DNA of 64,000 bases from Euprymna scolopes (Eukaryota): NCBI GenBank assembly GCA_053919585.1, contig CM132795.1; one strand, written 5' to 3'. A program made the translations under genes and the position numbers. The notes under the pieces are model-generated. The model did no database searches and was not told the DNA's origin. It saw only the letters and a program-made list of their open reading frames with translations. Positions 37,544-50,300 of this stretch are shown here, in pieces (within the stretch, counting starts at the first letter, position 1; each line of letters begins with the position of its first letter).

Positions 37544-38621
37544 TTCCGACATCCTAACATTCCGAGTACGGAATATGTATTGTTATTGCTCCTTCAAATC
37601 CGGGGATCGCAAAAGCGTAAAGCGGAAAGTCCCAACGTTTAATAAAATCCATACGTCTAATGTTATTATTTTACTATCGACTGTTTGGTTGCCTTACTTT
37701 CTATATCTCTATCTCTAAGGCTGGCTCTTTCATTTAGCAGCTAAAAATAGACGTTAATCATAAAATCGTTAGTCTCATCCGACAATTAGGCTTTATTTAA
37801 TTATTTAATTAATTATCTTCCTTTACCCTCAGGTGGCGTATCAAGTATATCAAGGAATATTTGATAACACTTCAATCCGATAGCAAATATTGCCCTCTGG
37901 TGGCCAACATAGTAACCACACGGTTAACAAGGCCAATTTCTTTTCATGTTGAAAATGAAAGCATACGACCAGTTCGGTTCTAATTTCACAGATTTTCCTA
38001 TTATCCTTCCTGTTTTTCTTCTCCGCCATTTTCTTTAGCCGATCTCAGCCACGCCAAATTTCAAAGGAGCTAGCATATGAACATGATATTGGTTTCTTCT
38101 GTTTATTCAGACATGCTGTAGGCTGTCATGTTACCGCTTTTGAACCGTAAATAAATATTAAATATCCACACTGAAAAGATGTGATACAGCAAAATAGCCA
38201 TTTAATTGGGTTAAGCACTGGGAAGTGAAATTGCAAGCTCTTATTAACGATAATGCGAAAATTTTCTTCAAAGACTTAGAGTGCTGTTTTGCTGCTTTAA
38301 ACTATGTGTGAACTCAACGACATTTGTTTTTACTACTAGATAGTCCTATATATATTAATAAGGCAAAATACACGCTAAAATATGCATTAGCTCCCTTTGA
38401 AATAAAATAGGTTTAAATTGTTCTAATAAGTCGTATTATATAATTAATAAAACAATCGCTTTAACTGTGTACGTATTTCTCTCACCTCTCAATATTAGAC
38501 CTTTTAAGCATTTGCAGAAAGCATCGCTTTTTCTCAACTTAATGGACATAATTGGGTCTTTCGTATATTAATTTTTTGTGAGTAGATGAAGTAGTTATAT
38601 ATGTGTGTGTGTATATATATT

Positions 38622-38652
<31 letters not shown>

Positions 38653-38710
38653 GGGGGGAGAAAGAGAGAGAAGGAGAGAGAGAGGGGGAGAGAATTCATT
38701 AACCTATCCA

Positions 38711-38835
38711 GACGTTAATGCGGAAGTGCGCATGGTCCATAAACACGGGAATGCAGAAATGTACGTGGTCCATCAAGACGTGAATGCAGAAATACAAGTG
38801 GTCCACCAACACGTGCATGCGGAAATGTGCGTATT
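38711..38835. repeat. 33-bp minisatellite, ~4 units
   Basis: GACGTGAATGCAGAAAT...GTGGTCCA.CAA repeated. Confidence 0.75.
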
Positions 38836-39934
38836 ATACGTGAATATTTGGAGTTCAATCCGCGGTTATTGGAATAATTATAACATGATACAAGATGTCT
38901 AATTATTGAAAGCGGAATGGGAAATGTGTAAATTATATAATGAAAAGGGTCCAGTATAAAATTCCCAAAACACTATTACTAGAACAAAAAACATTCACAG
39001 CCGACTGAAGAGTGTAACAGCTAAAATTAAAAAAAAAATAATGTCTAAAAAATGACAGCTAATATATCGATATTTGGTTCTAACTAGCCAATCTTTGTTG
39101 AGTTTTTGTGGTACTATGTTATTCGACTTAAAAAAGTGTAATTTTGTATCGATTTCTTAACAAAGCCAAGAAAATAATTTCTAATAGGCAAAACATTCCA
39201 AGAACTATTTAAATCATATACATGAAACTCTATAATGCTAAGAAGACATAGCTGTGTCTTACTTCAAATTTTGGCTATAATGAACCATGCCATACATCAA
39301 GTCCGAATAGGTGTAAGACCTGTAAGAATGCTAGTAGCAATGTATCATTCTTTCAACTCAACTCGTATGAAACCCATAAAATAAACGTGGTTTCTTCACT
39401 TGTGTTTTTTTTTTTGTGTGGTAAGTGAAACCAATTCCGTCACATGCGTTCGGTAAAAATATAAAATAGAAAGATAAACGTCTCCGTTTTATCGGTTCGT
39501 TTCGACATTTTCTTTTTCCTTTTTTTTTATTTTTTGGCATAACGAATTACATTTTGGCATTGGAAAGGAATAACACCTATTCAAGATGTTCCCCTCTTAA
39601 AAGGAGTCAGAGAACTCTTATTTAGGGATGTCACTTCTGATAACACTTTTAACGGAAATGTTTTCAAACCCATGCCTTTTATAAGTTTTCTCTTGACAGA
39701 CGCCATTGTATTCAGATGTCAGCCTCGATGTTTACTGGATGTATCAATGAAACAAGAATAAATATTCGTAAGATACGTCCAATTTAATCTCTGTGTTTAG
39801 TGATGAACATTCTCATTAATATTCTTTGACGTGACAGACCAAAACTAAAACGGGGTTTAAACTCAAGTGTGATGTCATTTTTCTGAATGTTTTTTAGATG
39901 ATGATTGATAATTTGTATTATTTAAATTATTCAG

Positions 39935-40330
39935 GATACTATTCTCATATTAATCTTATTTTTCTCAGCGTTTCGGCCGATGTAACCTCCGATCTTTTTC
40001 AGTGCAAGAAATTCTTTAAATACAATTGCGAATTACTTAGGACTTCTACTCGGTCGTGGTCGACGGAACGAGAGCATGATACCACCAAAGATTTAATAAA
40101 GGGTTCCGTTCCAAATTTCGTGCAGATTCCCGAGTCTTACATAAAGATTCCCGAGTTCGGCAAGAAACATCTAAAAACCTTCGGAGGTTACATCGGTGGA
40201 AACGTTGTGAAAATAACATTCAAGATGAGAACAGTAGTCTAAACGAATAATTGTGACATTTGGAATATTTGCAAAACTGTTCGCATCTTGGTTGTTATTC
40301 TCACAACGTTTCAGCCTTCTTTAGGTGTAG
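39935..40330. repeat. Inverted Penelope-like termini with three degenerate hammerhead motifs
   Basis: CGGAGGTTACATCGG..GAAACGTTGTG..AAGATGAG on both strands; the CUGANGA box is mutated. Confidence 0.6.
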
Positions 40331-41013
40331 CTTGTCGAACTCGGAAATTATCATGTCGAACTTAAATCGATACAGAATTTCATATTGAACACCGTATTTA
40401 ATCAAAGGTGCATGTTTTTGTTCTGTTAACCATGACCGGATAAAAGTTTACAGTGTTTTTTATTCTTATTTACTATAATGATGATTGACCTTCAACCTCC
40501 CAAATTATCATTTAGAACTGATTATACGTAACACTTTTATCCGTTGCATCATGTTCCCATGTGACTACGATGTAGGAAAACCATCCAAATTGTGAACAGT
40601 AGTTCCAATAATCCAAATCATACGAATTACTAATCCGTATCTAAAAAAAATAATCAAGATGAGAACAGCAGTTTGAATAATCCAAATAATACGAATGACA
40701 TATAAATTTTTTTCATATCGATACGTAAAAACGTGTACAAATATGTGAAACAGACTTTTTCCCTTGCCCCACGTTAATGACATTATGTCTCTAATAAAAC
40801 GCTTTTTATAAAATGCTTATGAATATTATTAAAGAAAAAAAAACCGTGAAATAATACGATTGAGGAATGATATATCCTGCATATAAATGTACAGGAAAGA
40901 GAAAAAAAAGGGAGTAACAAATTAATACACATACATGTATAAATATACATATATACATATCTAGCTATATTAGCATTCTGGATTATCCAATAAATGTTGG
41001 CCAATCGCAGAAT

Positions 41014-42130
41014 CTAAATTATGGTGGGTAGGATTGAGAAGAGTTCTATTTTATTACGAAAACCCGAAGATACATGTTGCCCAATTCTTGTTTCAAAGTG
41101 GACGCTTGTTCGCCCGACATAGACAGCATCACACTGACGTTGGAATTTATATATAATATCATTAAGTTTAGTTAGAGGCAAATCGTCCTTTTCGAAAAAA
41201 GACAATGCAGGTTTCGTATTGAAAATCATGTAGAACAGACGGAAAACAATTGTTGATAGTCTGCTTAAGTTGGTTTATGAGAGGGACATATTTTTCTCTA
41301 ACCCATGGCAACTTAAGATATACAATACTCTTTGAAGGGGCAAAGGTAATACCTTTGTTAAATTGACTATTTTTAAATCTAATACATTTATCAATAAAGA
41401 ATTCGGGATAGTCGTTATTGACTAGAATTTCTTTAATTTTAGTAAATTCAGTATCTAGTCGACAATGGGAAAAAATTACTAAGGTCCTATGTACTAACGT
41501 ATAAATCAACGTCAACTTGGTGGTTTTAGGTGTGAATGAACATCATTCAGAATATAAATCTGTAAAGGTTGGTTTTCTATATATAGAGGTAAGAAAACCG
41601 CCTCTGGACCTTTCGACCTGCACGTTGAGGAACGGGTTGTCTTTTTCCATCTCCATAGTGAAAGACAAAGCGTGATGTAAGGAACTAAGACGTTCGAAGA
41701 ATTCTAACACCATGTCCTGAGAAGGAAAAGCCGCAAACGTATCATCCGCATAACGAAAACAAAAAGCATGAGTGTTATGTGGTGATTTTAGAAGTTTTAA
41801 TTCATAAAACCCAACGAAAATGTTGGCAAGGATAGAACCTAAGGGGCTACCTATGGAAACTCCATCAATTTGTTGGTACAACACGTTGTTGAAACTAAAC
41901 TCGACGGACTTTGTGCAAAGAGAAAGAACTCCAGTAAAATATTTCTCCGGTAAAGTGGGAGGAATATGTTCACTACAATAAGGTGCATCGCAGTAAATAG
42001 TAAGGGTCTCATGAATAGGCACATAAGTAAATAAACTGGGAATATCAAACGAGCAAAAGAAGGAATTTTTTAAGTACAAGAATCAGAGACACAATAAGTA
42101 AAATAGAATGTAAAATATTAACAACTCCAT
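41014..42130 (-). mobile_element. Penelope-like element, RT core + GIY-YIG endonuclease (3' part), decayed
   Basis: SFDIPSLFT, QIDGVSIGSPLG, RYADDTF, IYRKPT; IIYKF..CDAVYVGRTS (GIY-YIG). Confidence 0.88.
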
Positions 42131-42345
42131 TTTATTTCAGTATTTAATTTGTGTATTTCTGTTTTATTAAATGCTAGCTTTTTTTTTTCCACGTACATAT
42201 GTTTATTTATCTACCGAGTTGATAGCAAAAATTACGAATTATACTCATTTTTAGTTCGTGTGAGGGGAATCTATCACCATACTTTCCCTTAAACACGTCT
42301 GTTGGACTTTTATTAAGTACAATACTTAATAGTTTTTTTTTTTTA

Positions 42346-45300
42346 ATGGAGAGTAGAAAACGCATTGTGGATGCGTTATCGGCAGCTCCTGTTACTCTCG
42401 CTTCTTCTTATTTGTCCCTCAGTCCTCATTTTTTTAAATGAGTGATTTTTCGGACAAAGGGAGAAGAAAAAGCTGTTTTCTAGGTTGGCAGTATTTTTGC
42501 GAACAGTTGGCTGAGATGGCGGAAATTTTCTGTTTCTATGTCTATCCTTGTAGCCATGTCACTAGTAAGGGTGCTGGAGGTAAACGTTTTGTCTGGGCTG
42601 ACGTTATCCGCCTGATAGTCAGGGACCCGAACCTTGGATTAACCACTAAGGAGGCTGTCCTATCAGCAGGTGCAAAGTACTGGGGCTGCTGTATTGCCAT
42701 TTGGTGAATGGATTCTGGACCATGCAGTAGCTTCTGGTGGGGCCTCTCGATGCCATACTAGTGGGTAATTGTTACGGCTTTACCTTATCATTAGCTACAA
42801 ATAAAATAAAAAATTCTTCGTTTCTTTTTCTCTCTTAATTTCCCCTCTCTGTCCTGCTCTAAGTAAATCTGTCGACCTAGTCCACAAATTCCAAAATTTC
42901 ATCATGACAAGTTTCAAGAAAAAATACACGATTAAACCCGGTTCTCCAACTTCCAACGTAGACCCCTACTACCATGTCTCCTTCTCCAACATCAGGGGTC
43001 TTCGTTCTAACCTTCCAGAGGTTGAAACCCAATTACAGGAGACTAAACCAGACCTTTTATTTTTAAGTGAAATTGGCATTGGACAGGCTATTTCCCTAGA
43101 TGAGTTTGCAATTTCAGGATACTCTAACTTAACTTCTAAATCTGACCCCCAAGATCGCCATGGGCATGGAATATGTGCCTATATTAAAGATAGCTTTCCA
43201 TGTGGGAGGGACATCTCCAGGGAAGATCCTAACTTACCCTATATGTGCTTCCGGGTTGCTTTAGCTCACACTACTGCATTTATATTTACTCTCTATCGCC
43301 CCCACAACAGCGGAGTTACTATCTTTCAAAGCATATCTGAGAAAATTGACCAAGTCCTTTCTACTTATCCTTCAGCTAACATTCACGTATGTGGAGACTT
43401 CAATGTTCACAACGTCGAATGGTTGACCCACTCAAACAAGACCGATGATGAGGGGAGGTTCTGTCATGATTTCTCCATTGCCTATGACCTCACTCAGATT
43501 GTTCAGGAACCTACCCGTGTGCCCGATAATGACGGCCAGTATGCGAGCCTACTAGACCTTTTTCTCACAACTTGCCCTGAACTATGTTCAGTTTCTGTTC
43601 TGTCGCCTCTTGGATCTTCCGACCACTCTGTTGTATCAATTAAGATAAAAATGAAATGTAATAAGTCCCCAGACGTACCTCTTCATCGTACAGTATATCG
43701 ATACACTAAGGCTGACTGGGATAGCTTCCGTACATTTATATCTGATCTACCTCTGCATTCCATGTTTAAAAAGGATGTGTCCTCTATAGTATTAGACCTA
43801 ACTGAATGGTTAACTGTAGGTATTGACCATTTCATACCTTCTAAAAAGTTTCAGCAAAAACCTAACAGCCAGCCATGGTTCTCTCCAGAATGTGCTGCTG
43901 CCATTGCGCACAGAAATCACTTTTTCCACTGCTTCAAACGTAATAGATGTATGGAAACTAAAGCCGTTTTCAGGACTGCCAGCAACCATTGTAAGAAAGT
44001 AATAAGGAACGCAAGAGTGTTATATGCTCAATCTGTTAAGTCCAAAGTAGCTGAGCAGAGGCTTGGTTCCCACCAGTTTTGGCAAATAGCAAACAGAATC
44101 CTGAATAGAAGCGTGTGCTCCATCCCAACTATTATCAATGGACCTGAGGTAATCTCGTCAGCATCAGACAAAGCCAAACTCTTTGTCAAGAACTTTGCAG
44201 CTAATTCTACCCTTTGCGACCAAGACCGCCAACCTCCAATATTTCCTCCTGTATCAGAAAACACGCTATGTGATATACGTATATCTGTACGTGATGTTGC
44301 GAAGCTAATCAAAAACCTTGATTCGAGTAAAGCAACTGGCCCTGATGGTATTCCAATTATAGTACTCAAAAAACTTCAACCTGAATTAGCGCCCATACTT
44401 ACAAAACTGTTTAAACGTTGTCTTAAGGAGAATAGTTTCCCATCTCCCTGGAAAATCTCATCAGTATGCCCTGTATTTAAGAATTCAGGTGATCGCTCAT
44501 CCCCCTCTCAGTACAGGCCAATAAGTCTCCTGTGCGTCATGAGTAAGTTGCTAGAATCTGTGTTAAATACAGAAGTAATCAAACATCTCAACAAAAATAA
44601 CCTTCTTAGTGACACTCAATATGGTTTCCGTTCTGCTAGATCTACAGCAGATGTCCTTACAGTTATATCGCATAGGATTAGCAAATCTCTCGACGGTGGC
44701 AATCTTTCTAGGGCAATTGCTCTTGACATATCTAAAGCCTTTGATAGGGTATGGCATAAAGGTTTACTTCATAAGATCGCTAGCTATGGTATAGCTGGAA
44801 AAGTCTTCTCAATTATTAAATCATTTCTTTCTGATAGGTTCATAAGAGTAGTAGTTGAGGGGCAAAAATCAGAAGCTCACAGTATTAATGCCGGTGTCCC
44901 TCAGGGATCCATCCTGGGCCCAACTCTTTTCCTGATCTACATTAATGATCTTCCAAATCATATCCTTACATCATTTGTAGACATTTATGCTGACGACACT
45001 ACCATCTATGGTACCACATCTAAGACAGTAAACGACCAAGTTCTCTCCAATTCTCTCTCCTCTGATCTTGAGCACGTAGTACAATGGGGAAAGGAGTGGC
45101 TGGTTACTTTTAATGCATCTAAAACCAAGCTTCTCTCTTTACATCATCAACATTCTAATTCACATTTGTCATCAATTGAAATGAATGGCTCTCGTCTTCA
45201 GGAGGCCTCAAGTTTTGACAAGCTTCTGGGCTTGACCATTACTCCTGATCTTAAATGGAACACGTATATCAAATCTGTTGCCAAGGCCGCTGGAAAAATG

Positions 45301-45964
45301 GTGGGATCTTTCTATCGATCCAGTAGATATCTCACTGCTGATGCTATTCTCTACCTATATAAGAGCCAGGTACGTCCAAGGATGGAATACTGTTGCCACA
45401 TCTGGGCAGGAGCTGCTAGTAAGGACTTGTCCTGCCTTGATAGAGTTCAAAATAGACTTCGTAGCCTCGTAGGAGATGTCCTTTTCTCCTCCTTGCAACC
45501 TCTATCTCACAGAAGAGATGTTGCGAGTTTGTCTCTGATGTATCGTTATTTTCATGGAAAGTGTTCAACTGAGCTTCAATCTATGGTCCCCCCTCGCCAA
45601 ACTTTCACAAGAAACACTCGTCTAGCTGTAAACACTATCAATAATTTCCCCCACTCTTTATCTGTGCCTAAACCTAAACGTAGATTCCATGAACAAAGCT
45701 TCTTTCTTAGAACTGCACGCCTGTGGAATTGTCTTTCGTTTTCCTGCTTTCCGGCTGACTACAATATGGTTGTGTTCAAGTCTAACGTAAATAAGTTCTT
45801 GATGAGCCGTTCCATATAAGTTATTAAATTTACCAAATTTTCATTACTAATGATTACTATATTGACCAATTTCTACTGTACACTCTTTAACCCTTATCCT
45901 TGAGTGGCCTCTGGGCCTTGATAATGTGGTGATGCCTTTGTAAAAAAAAATAAAAAAAAAAAAA
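42346..45964 (+). mobile_element. Full-length-looking single-ORF CR1-group LINE
   Basis: ~560-nt putative 5' UTR after a T run, 971-aa ORF, 3' UTR and poly(A) tail at 45942-45964. Confidence 0.9.
42904..45819 (+). CDS. LINE ORF2: apurinic-like endonuclease + reverse transcriptase, intact
   Basis: APE motifs NIRG, LSE, GDFN, LDL, SDH; RT motifs KATGPDGIP, YRPISLL, QYGFR, LDISKAFD, GVPQGS, YADD, LGL; no stops. Confidence 0.95.
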   Translation: MTSFKKKYTIKPGSPTSNVDPYYHVSFSNIRGLRSNLPEVETQLQETKPDLLFLSEIGIGQAISLDEFAISGYSNLTSKSDPQDRHGHGICAYIKDSFPCGRDISREDPNLPYMCFRVALAHTTAFIFTLYRPHNSGVTIFQSISEKIDQVLSTYPSANIHVCGDFNVHNVEWLTHSNKTDDEGRFCHDFSIAYDLTQIVQEPTRVPDNDGQYASLLDLFLTTCPELCSVSVLSPLGSSDHSVVSIKIKMKCNKSPDVPLHRTVYRYTKADWDSFRTFISDLPLHSMFKKDVSSIVLDLTEWLTVGIDHFIPSKKFQQKPNSQPWFSPECAAAIAHRNHFFHCFKRNRCMETKAVFRTASNHCKKVIRNARVLYAQSVKSKVAEQRLGSHQFWQIANRILNRSVCSIPTIINGPEVISSASDKAKLFVKNFAANSTLCDQDRQPPIFPPVSENTLCDIRISVRDVAKLIKNLDSSKATGPDGIPIIVLKKLQPELAPILTKLFKRCLKENSFPSPWKISSVCPVFKNSGDRSSPSQYRPISLLCVMSKLLESVLNTEVIKHLNKNNLLSDTQYGFRSARSTADVLTVISHRISKSLDGGNLSRAIALDISKAFDRVWHKGLLHKIASYGIAGKVFSIIKSFLSDRFIRVVVEGQKSEAHSINAGVPQGSILGPTLFLIYINDLPNHILTSFVDIYADDTTIYGTTSKTVNDQVLSNSLSSDLEHVVQWGKEWLVTFNASKTKLLSLHHQHSNSHLSSIEMNGSRLQEASSFDKLLGLTITPDLKWNTYIKSVAKAAGKMVGSFYRSSRYLTADAILYLYKSQVRPRMEYCCHIWAGAASKDLSCLDRVQNRLRSLVGDVLFSSLQPLSHRRDVASLSLMYRYFHGKCSTELQSMVPPRQTFTRNTRLAVNTINNFPHSLSVPKPKRRFHEQSFFLRTARLWNCLSFSCFPADYNMVVFKSNVNKFLMSRSI

Positions 45965-46870
45965 GTTAAAAGTAACTCAGTGAGCCATTGGTCGAGGGCA
46001 TGTTGAGCGGAACCAACCATAGATAAAATAGGTCTACAAGGCACATTATCTTTATGAATTTTACAAGACGATAAAGTCGATGTCTTAAGGATATAGTGGA
46101 TCGTATTTTCTGATAAATCTCTTTTTTAAATAAGAAGTGCAAGCGTTTTTGCGATTTGTTTTCAATACTCAAAGTATTATCACACGAGTCGACTGAGCTG
46201 AGTTTGAGAAATTTAGTAGTGTCATCTTAAATATTTGGCATCTTATTAAAATAATCAGTTCGGTTAGGACGACTACACTGGCACCTTTATCAGGTCTGGA
46301 AAGATAAATATTTTTACTTCTCTTTAAATTAAGAACAGTAGAAAAATAGGATTTTTCCCAGACAAAATTCCTCGAGTCAATCGACGAATTGCTATAAGAA
46401 TGTGCAGTACTAGACGAATTAGCTTTCATAGCTGAAAGAGTATCCGAGGAAAGGGGTGTGATGAGAAAACAAGATTTCAAATTCAGTAAGAACCTCAATA
46501 TCACTGATGCATTCAGGAGGAACACAAAAATTTAAACCTTTAGAAAGAACAATTTTCTCAGAGTAAGACAGGATATATATATATATCACATTTAAAAACA
46601 AACAAAACGACTTTATTTGGGAATATCAAGTAGGGCGATCCCCTGCTATAAATGTGGTATTATGGTGACTGAGAGCTCTATCTAAAATTGGCATAGTAAA
46701 CAAAGATTCAGTGACAAGAATGGCAATAGACCAGCCAAGTTTTTTGATCGACCTTGTGCATAATTTTGTTTTGCCGATATTTTGTTCTCATAATAAAATA
46801 TTTAAATCCAAATTCTCATGTGAAATCTGTTTTAAAGGTTACAAATTTCATTCCGATTTTGAAGATTTGC
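45965..46870 (-). mobile_element. Penelope-like element, 5' part, split from 41014-42130 by the LINE
   Basis: LSKGLNFCVPP, RPDKGASVVVL, RPILSMVGSAQH..WLTELL: PLE motifs that precede the RT core. Confidence 0.8.
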
Positions 46871-47318
46871 GATGAAATGAAAGAAATGTAATTATATATG
46901 GTCAATTGGGAGAATCAAGAAGAGGGACAGGTGTTCCTGTATATTATTGTTTGTTTAGTCTTTTGGGGATATTTTCCCTGGAATATTCTCCGTCCGACAT
47001 ACCTTTGTCGTTTATGATTGCTGATTAAAGCAACCATACACATTTGTATTTCACATAAAATATAGCTTTTATTTTTATTTTTATGCAAAAAGATATTTCC
47101 TATGATAAATTGGAATACTATGCCCTTCTGCCATAATTCCATTACACAATTTTATTTTTACTTTTACTTTTCTTTGGATTGTTGTTGGATTTTCTCTGGA
47201 TTGTTGTTTCAGTGGCGATTTTTTCTTAAACTGTCTATCTCCACTTGATATGCATTGCTGTTACTACGTATTGCTTAAGCTTGGTGTTGTAAGAAACCGT
47301 ACGATTCCTTTTACACAA

Positions 47319-47383
<65 letters not shown>

Positions 47384-47485
47384 CATTAATAAATAGTAAT
47401 AATAACTAGTAATAAATAGTGATAGTTATAACTAGAAATAAAATATGTTTAAGGTTTAAAAAATTCATACTAGAATTGTCCGCGT

Positions 47486-47720
47486 GGACCCGTGGCCTAG
47501 TGGTTAAAGTACTTGGAAGAAATCAATTCTAAAAGTGATATTCCCCTGAAGATTGAAGGTTCAATTCTCAGTGTGGGTGTCCTTATACAATCGTCACTGT
47601 AGGAAGTATTATTTACTGCAGATCTAAAGGTTCAAACCCAGTCATAAGGTCACATTTGACTCTGCAGTCTGGTATTAAGTCATTTCGGTTAGAAAAATTA
47701 TCACGCCCAAAAGGAAAGAG
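47486..47720 (+). mobile_element. tRNA-derived SINE
   Basis: A box TGGCCTAGTGG and B box GGTTCAATTCT; 3' boundary uncertain. Confidence 0.5.
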
Positions 47721-48000
47721 AATTAAGTTCTATATATAATGTCGAAGCAAGCGTACAAATTCAGAAAGCTAGTCAGATAGTGTTCAACTGCAGACGTCAG
47801 AGCATTGTATTACTCTGAAATTAATAGCTTATTATAAACTCTCGTAAAGAGACCCAATACTAGTTGAGGGGCTTATAATATTTTTATGAATATATAATTT
47901 TTATTTGCCTGCAGAAACTAGTGGTTGATGCTTATGCAAGCATCAATATAGGAAGTGATATATAAGTTCATCCACAGATAGACTGTTTTGCTGTATCACA

Positions 48001-48152
48001 NNNNNNNNNNNNNNNNNNNNNNNNNNNNNNNNNNNNNNNNNNNNNNNNNNNNNNNNNNNNNNNNNNNNNNNNNNNNNNNNNNNNNNNNNNNNNNNNNNNN
48101 NNNNNNNNNNNNNNNNNNNNNNNNNNNNNNNNNNNNNNNNNNNNNNNNNNNN
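48001..48152. other. Assembly gap (N run)
   Basis: Run of N. Confidence 1.
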
Positions 48153-48714
48153 TAAAGCTTCTTATATTTCTTTTAACTCGACGTGTGACAGGAGTTATAT
48201 CATTAAAATGAGTAACCTTTTCTGCTCCAGGATTTATTTTCTATATAGTCATCATCATTCTCAATGCACTTTTCCCAGCTATTAACGATGGCTGCACATG
48301 AGCGTCCGGAGCACGCTTTATCATTCGAGGGTGTTCTAATGTAAATCTTCATATTTTTAACACGAAAAGTTGAAAAGCTACGAAGAAGGGAGTCCTACCA
48401 TTAAAACAAGCGATCATTTTGTGCTCACAAAACAGGAATATCGTACTTCCTATTTCAAAAACACGACAGATGTGAGGATGAATTGAGTATGAGTTTTGCT
48501 ATCAATGTCAATTTGCTTGGATCCCGTTTTAAAAATGACGCAGAATCGCGATATGAACAGTGAAAGGCAGAAGATTTAGCCACAGTCAACGGACTGGAAT
48601 CCTGTCGGATGTTCATACTCGGATGCCCGGATTTACTGATAACAGTGGATCAACTGCCACTAATAAAATATTTTCAAATCAGGCCCTGAACAATATTGAA
48701 CAATATTAACAATA

Positions 48715-49110
48715 AAAGCTCCAATCTCTGGTCCCCCCTCGCCAATCTCTCACGATAAAAACCCGTCTATCTGAAACCACTGTCAATAATTTTCCCCACT
48801 CTTTATCTGCGCCTAAATCAAAACGTAGATTCCATGAACAAAGCTTCTTTCTTAGAAGAGCACGCCTGTGGAACTCTCTTCCGTTTGCCTGTTTCCCACC
48901 TGACTACAACTTGGATGTCTTCAAGTCCAACATAAACAAATACCTGATGAATCGCCCCCTTAAGTAAGACACTTTATCAAATCTCCAATACTAACGATTA
49001 CTACGATACTATCACATTGATTAATGTACAGGCAATAACCCTTACTCCCGAGTGGCTTCCGGGCCTTGATAAGTGGTGACCACCATGTAAAAAATAAAAA
49101 TAAATAAAAA
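48715..49110 (+). mobile_element. 3' fragment of CR1-group LINE (subfamily of 36109-37543)
   Basis: Encodes ..RFHEQSFFLR..LMNRPLK*, with matching 3' UTR and A-rich tail. Confidence 0.88.
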
Positions 49111-49434
49111 GGTGTTAACTTTCAAACAAAAGACACTGATATACAAATTTTAAATAATATATCATACTGAAAAACTTAATTTAGTCTCTTATTGTGCATC
49201 CTGCTATTCAGCCGGCACTCCACTAAAAAAACGATGGTCAATGACACTGCAATTAAAACTACCTTGACGAAAGTGATCCTAAATCGAAAGTTATTACATG
49301 AGAAAGAGTCGTACCTGCGGCAGCCACGGATGAAGAATGCAGAACCTTAAGAGATCTTATTCAAAAATAATTCAGCAACTTCCCACACATGATTCGAGTT
49401 TTCTCGGTCATACGTGAAGAATTATATTGCCTGG

Positions 49435-50300
49435 AAAGGGTTATTATCAAAGGCAACAAAATCCTGATATTCGAAGACTTCCCGCAGGAGTATTGTAATC
49501 CAGACATGAAGGCGTAAATAGTATGCTGGTGAATGCAAGACAACGATTGTTATCGCCGGGTTTTGCTGCTAATATCAGGCAAACCAAATTCCAATGCTAC
49601 ACTCACAACACAATTGCACCATCTCAGCCCTTGGTGTTAGCAGCAGACCCGGAATTTCCATTTTAACAAGTAGTGGTTGACTTTATCAATATACAAGGTG
49701 AGAACGTTATGGTGTACGCTGATACTAGATGGGTGGAAATGAACCTAATTACGTTTGGGAGAGCCAAAATATATGCAATACCTTAAGAACTTGGTTCTGT
49801 ACTTACGGTGCATCTGAAGAAATTTCTTCCGGTGCAGGACAACCGTTTGGGTCCCAGAAGTACGACTACTAGTTGAGGAACTGGAGTATACGGAAAAGTG
49901 CATCATCAGCCTATTACGTTCAAAACAACGGTTACGCAGAGATAGCTGTTAAGATCGCAAAATGTACGATACAAGCCGACAACATGGACAGCTATGGATA
50001 TCTATACCACGACCGGCATGGCATGTCTCTAGCCGTAATGCTATATGGTCGAGTCATTAAAGACCACCTTTCTACCCTATTGGATAAATACCCAACGCGG
50101 AAACAATGGAAAGAAATAGATGGAGAGAGGTTTTAATTGTCAAGAGGCATATTCGGAACAAAAAGTTCTACAACAAGCATTGTCGTCTAATCCGGGAACT
50201 CCAAGTCGGAGACTTTGTCCGGAGCAAGAACCAGGATGGTAACTGCTCACGTCGATGGACGAAGACGAGAAGGATTGTAGAGACGCATGGTCGATATACA
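49435..50300 (+). pseudogene. Degenerate Gypsy integrase fragment
   Basis: IIKGNKILI, APSQP..DPEFPF, SSAYYVQNNGYAE, ELQVGDFVR; homologous to 28928-29695. Confidence 0.7.
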
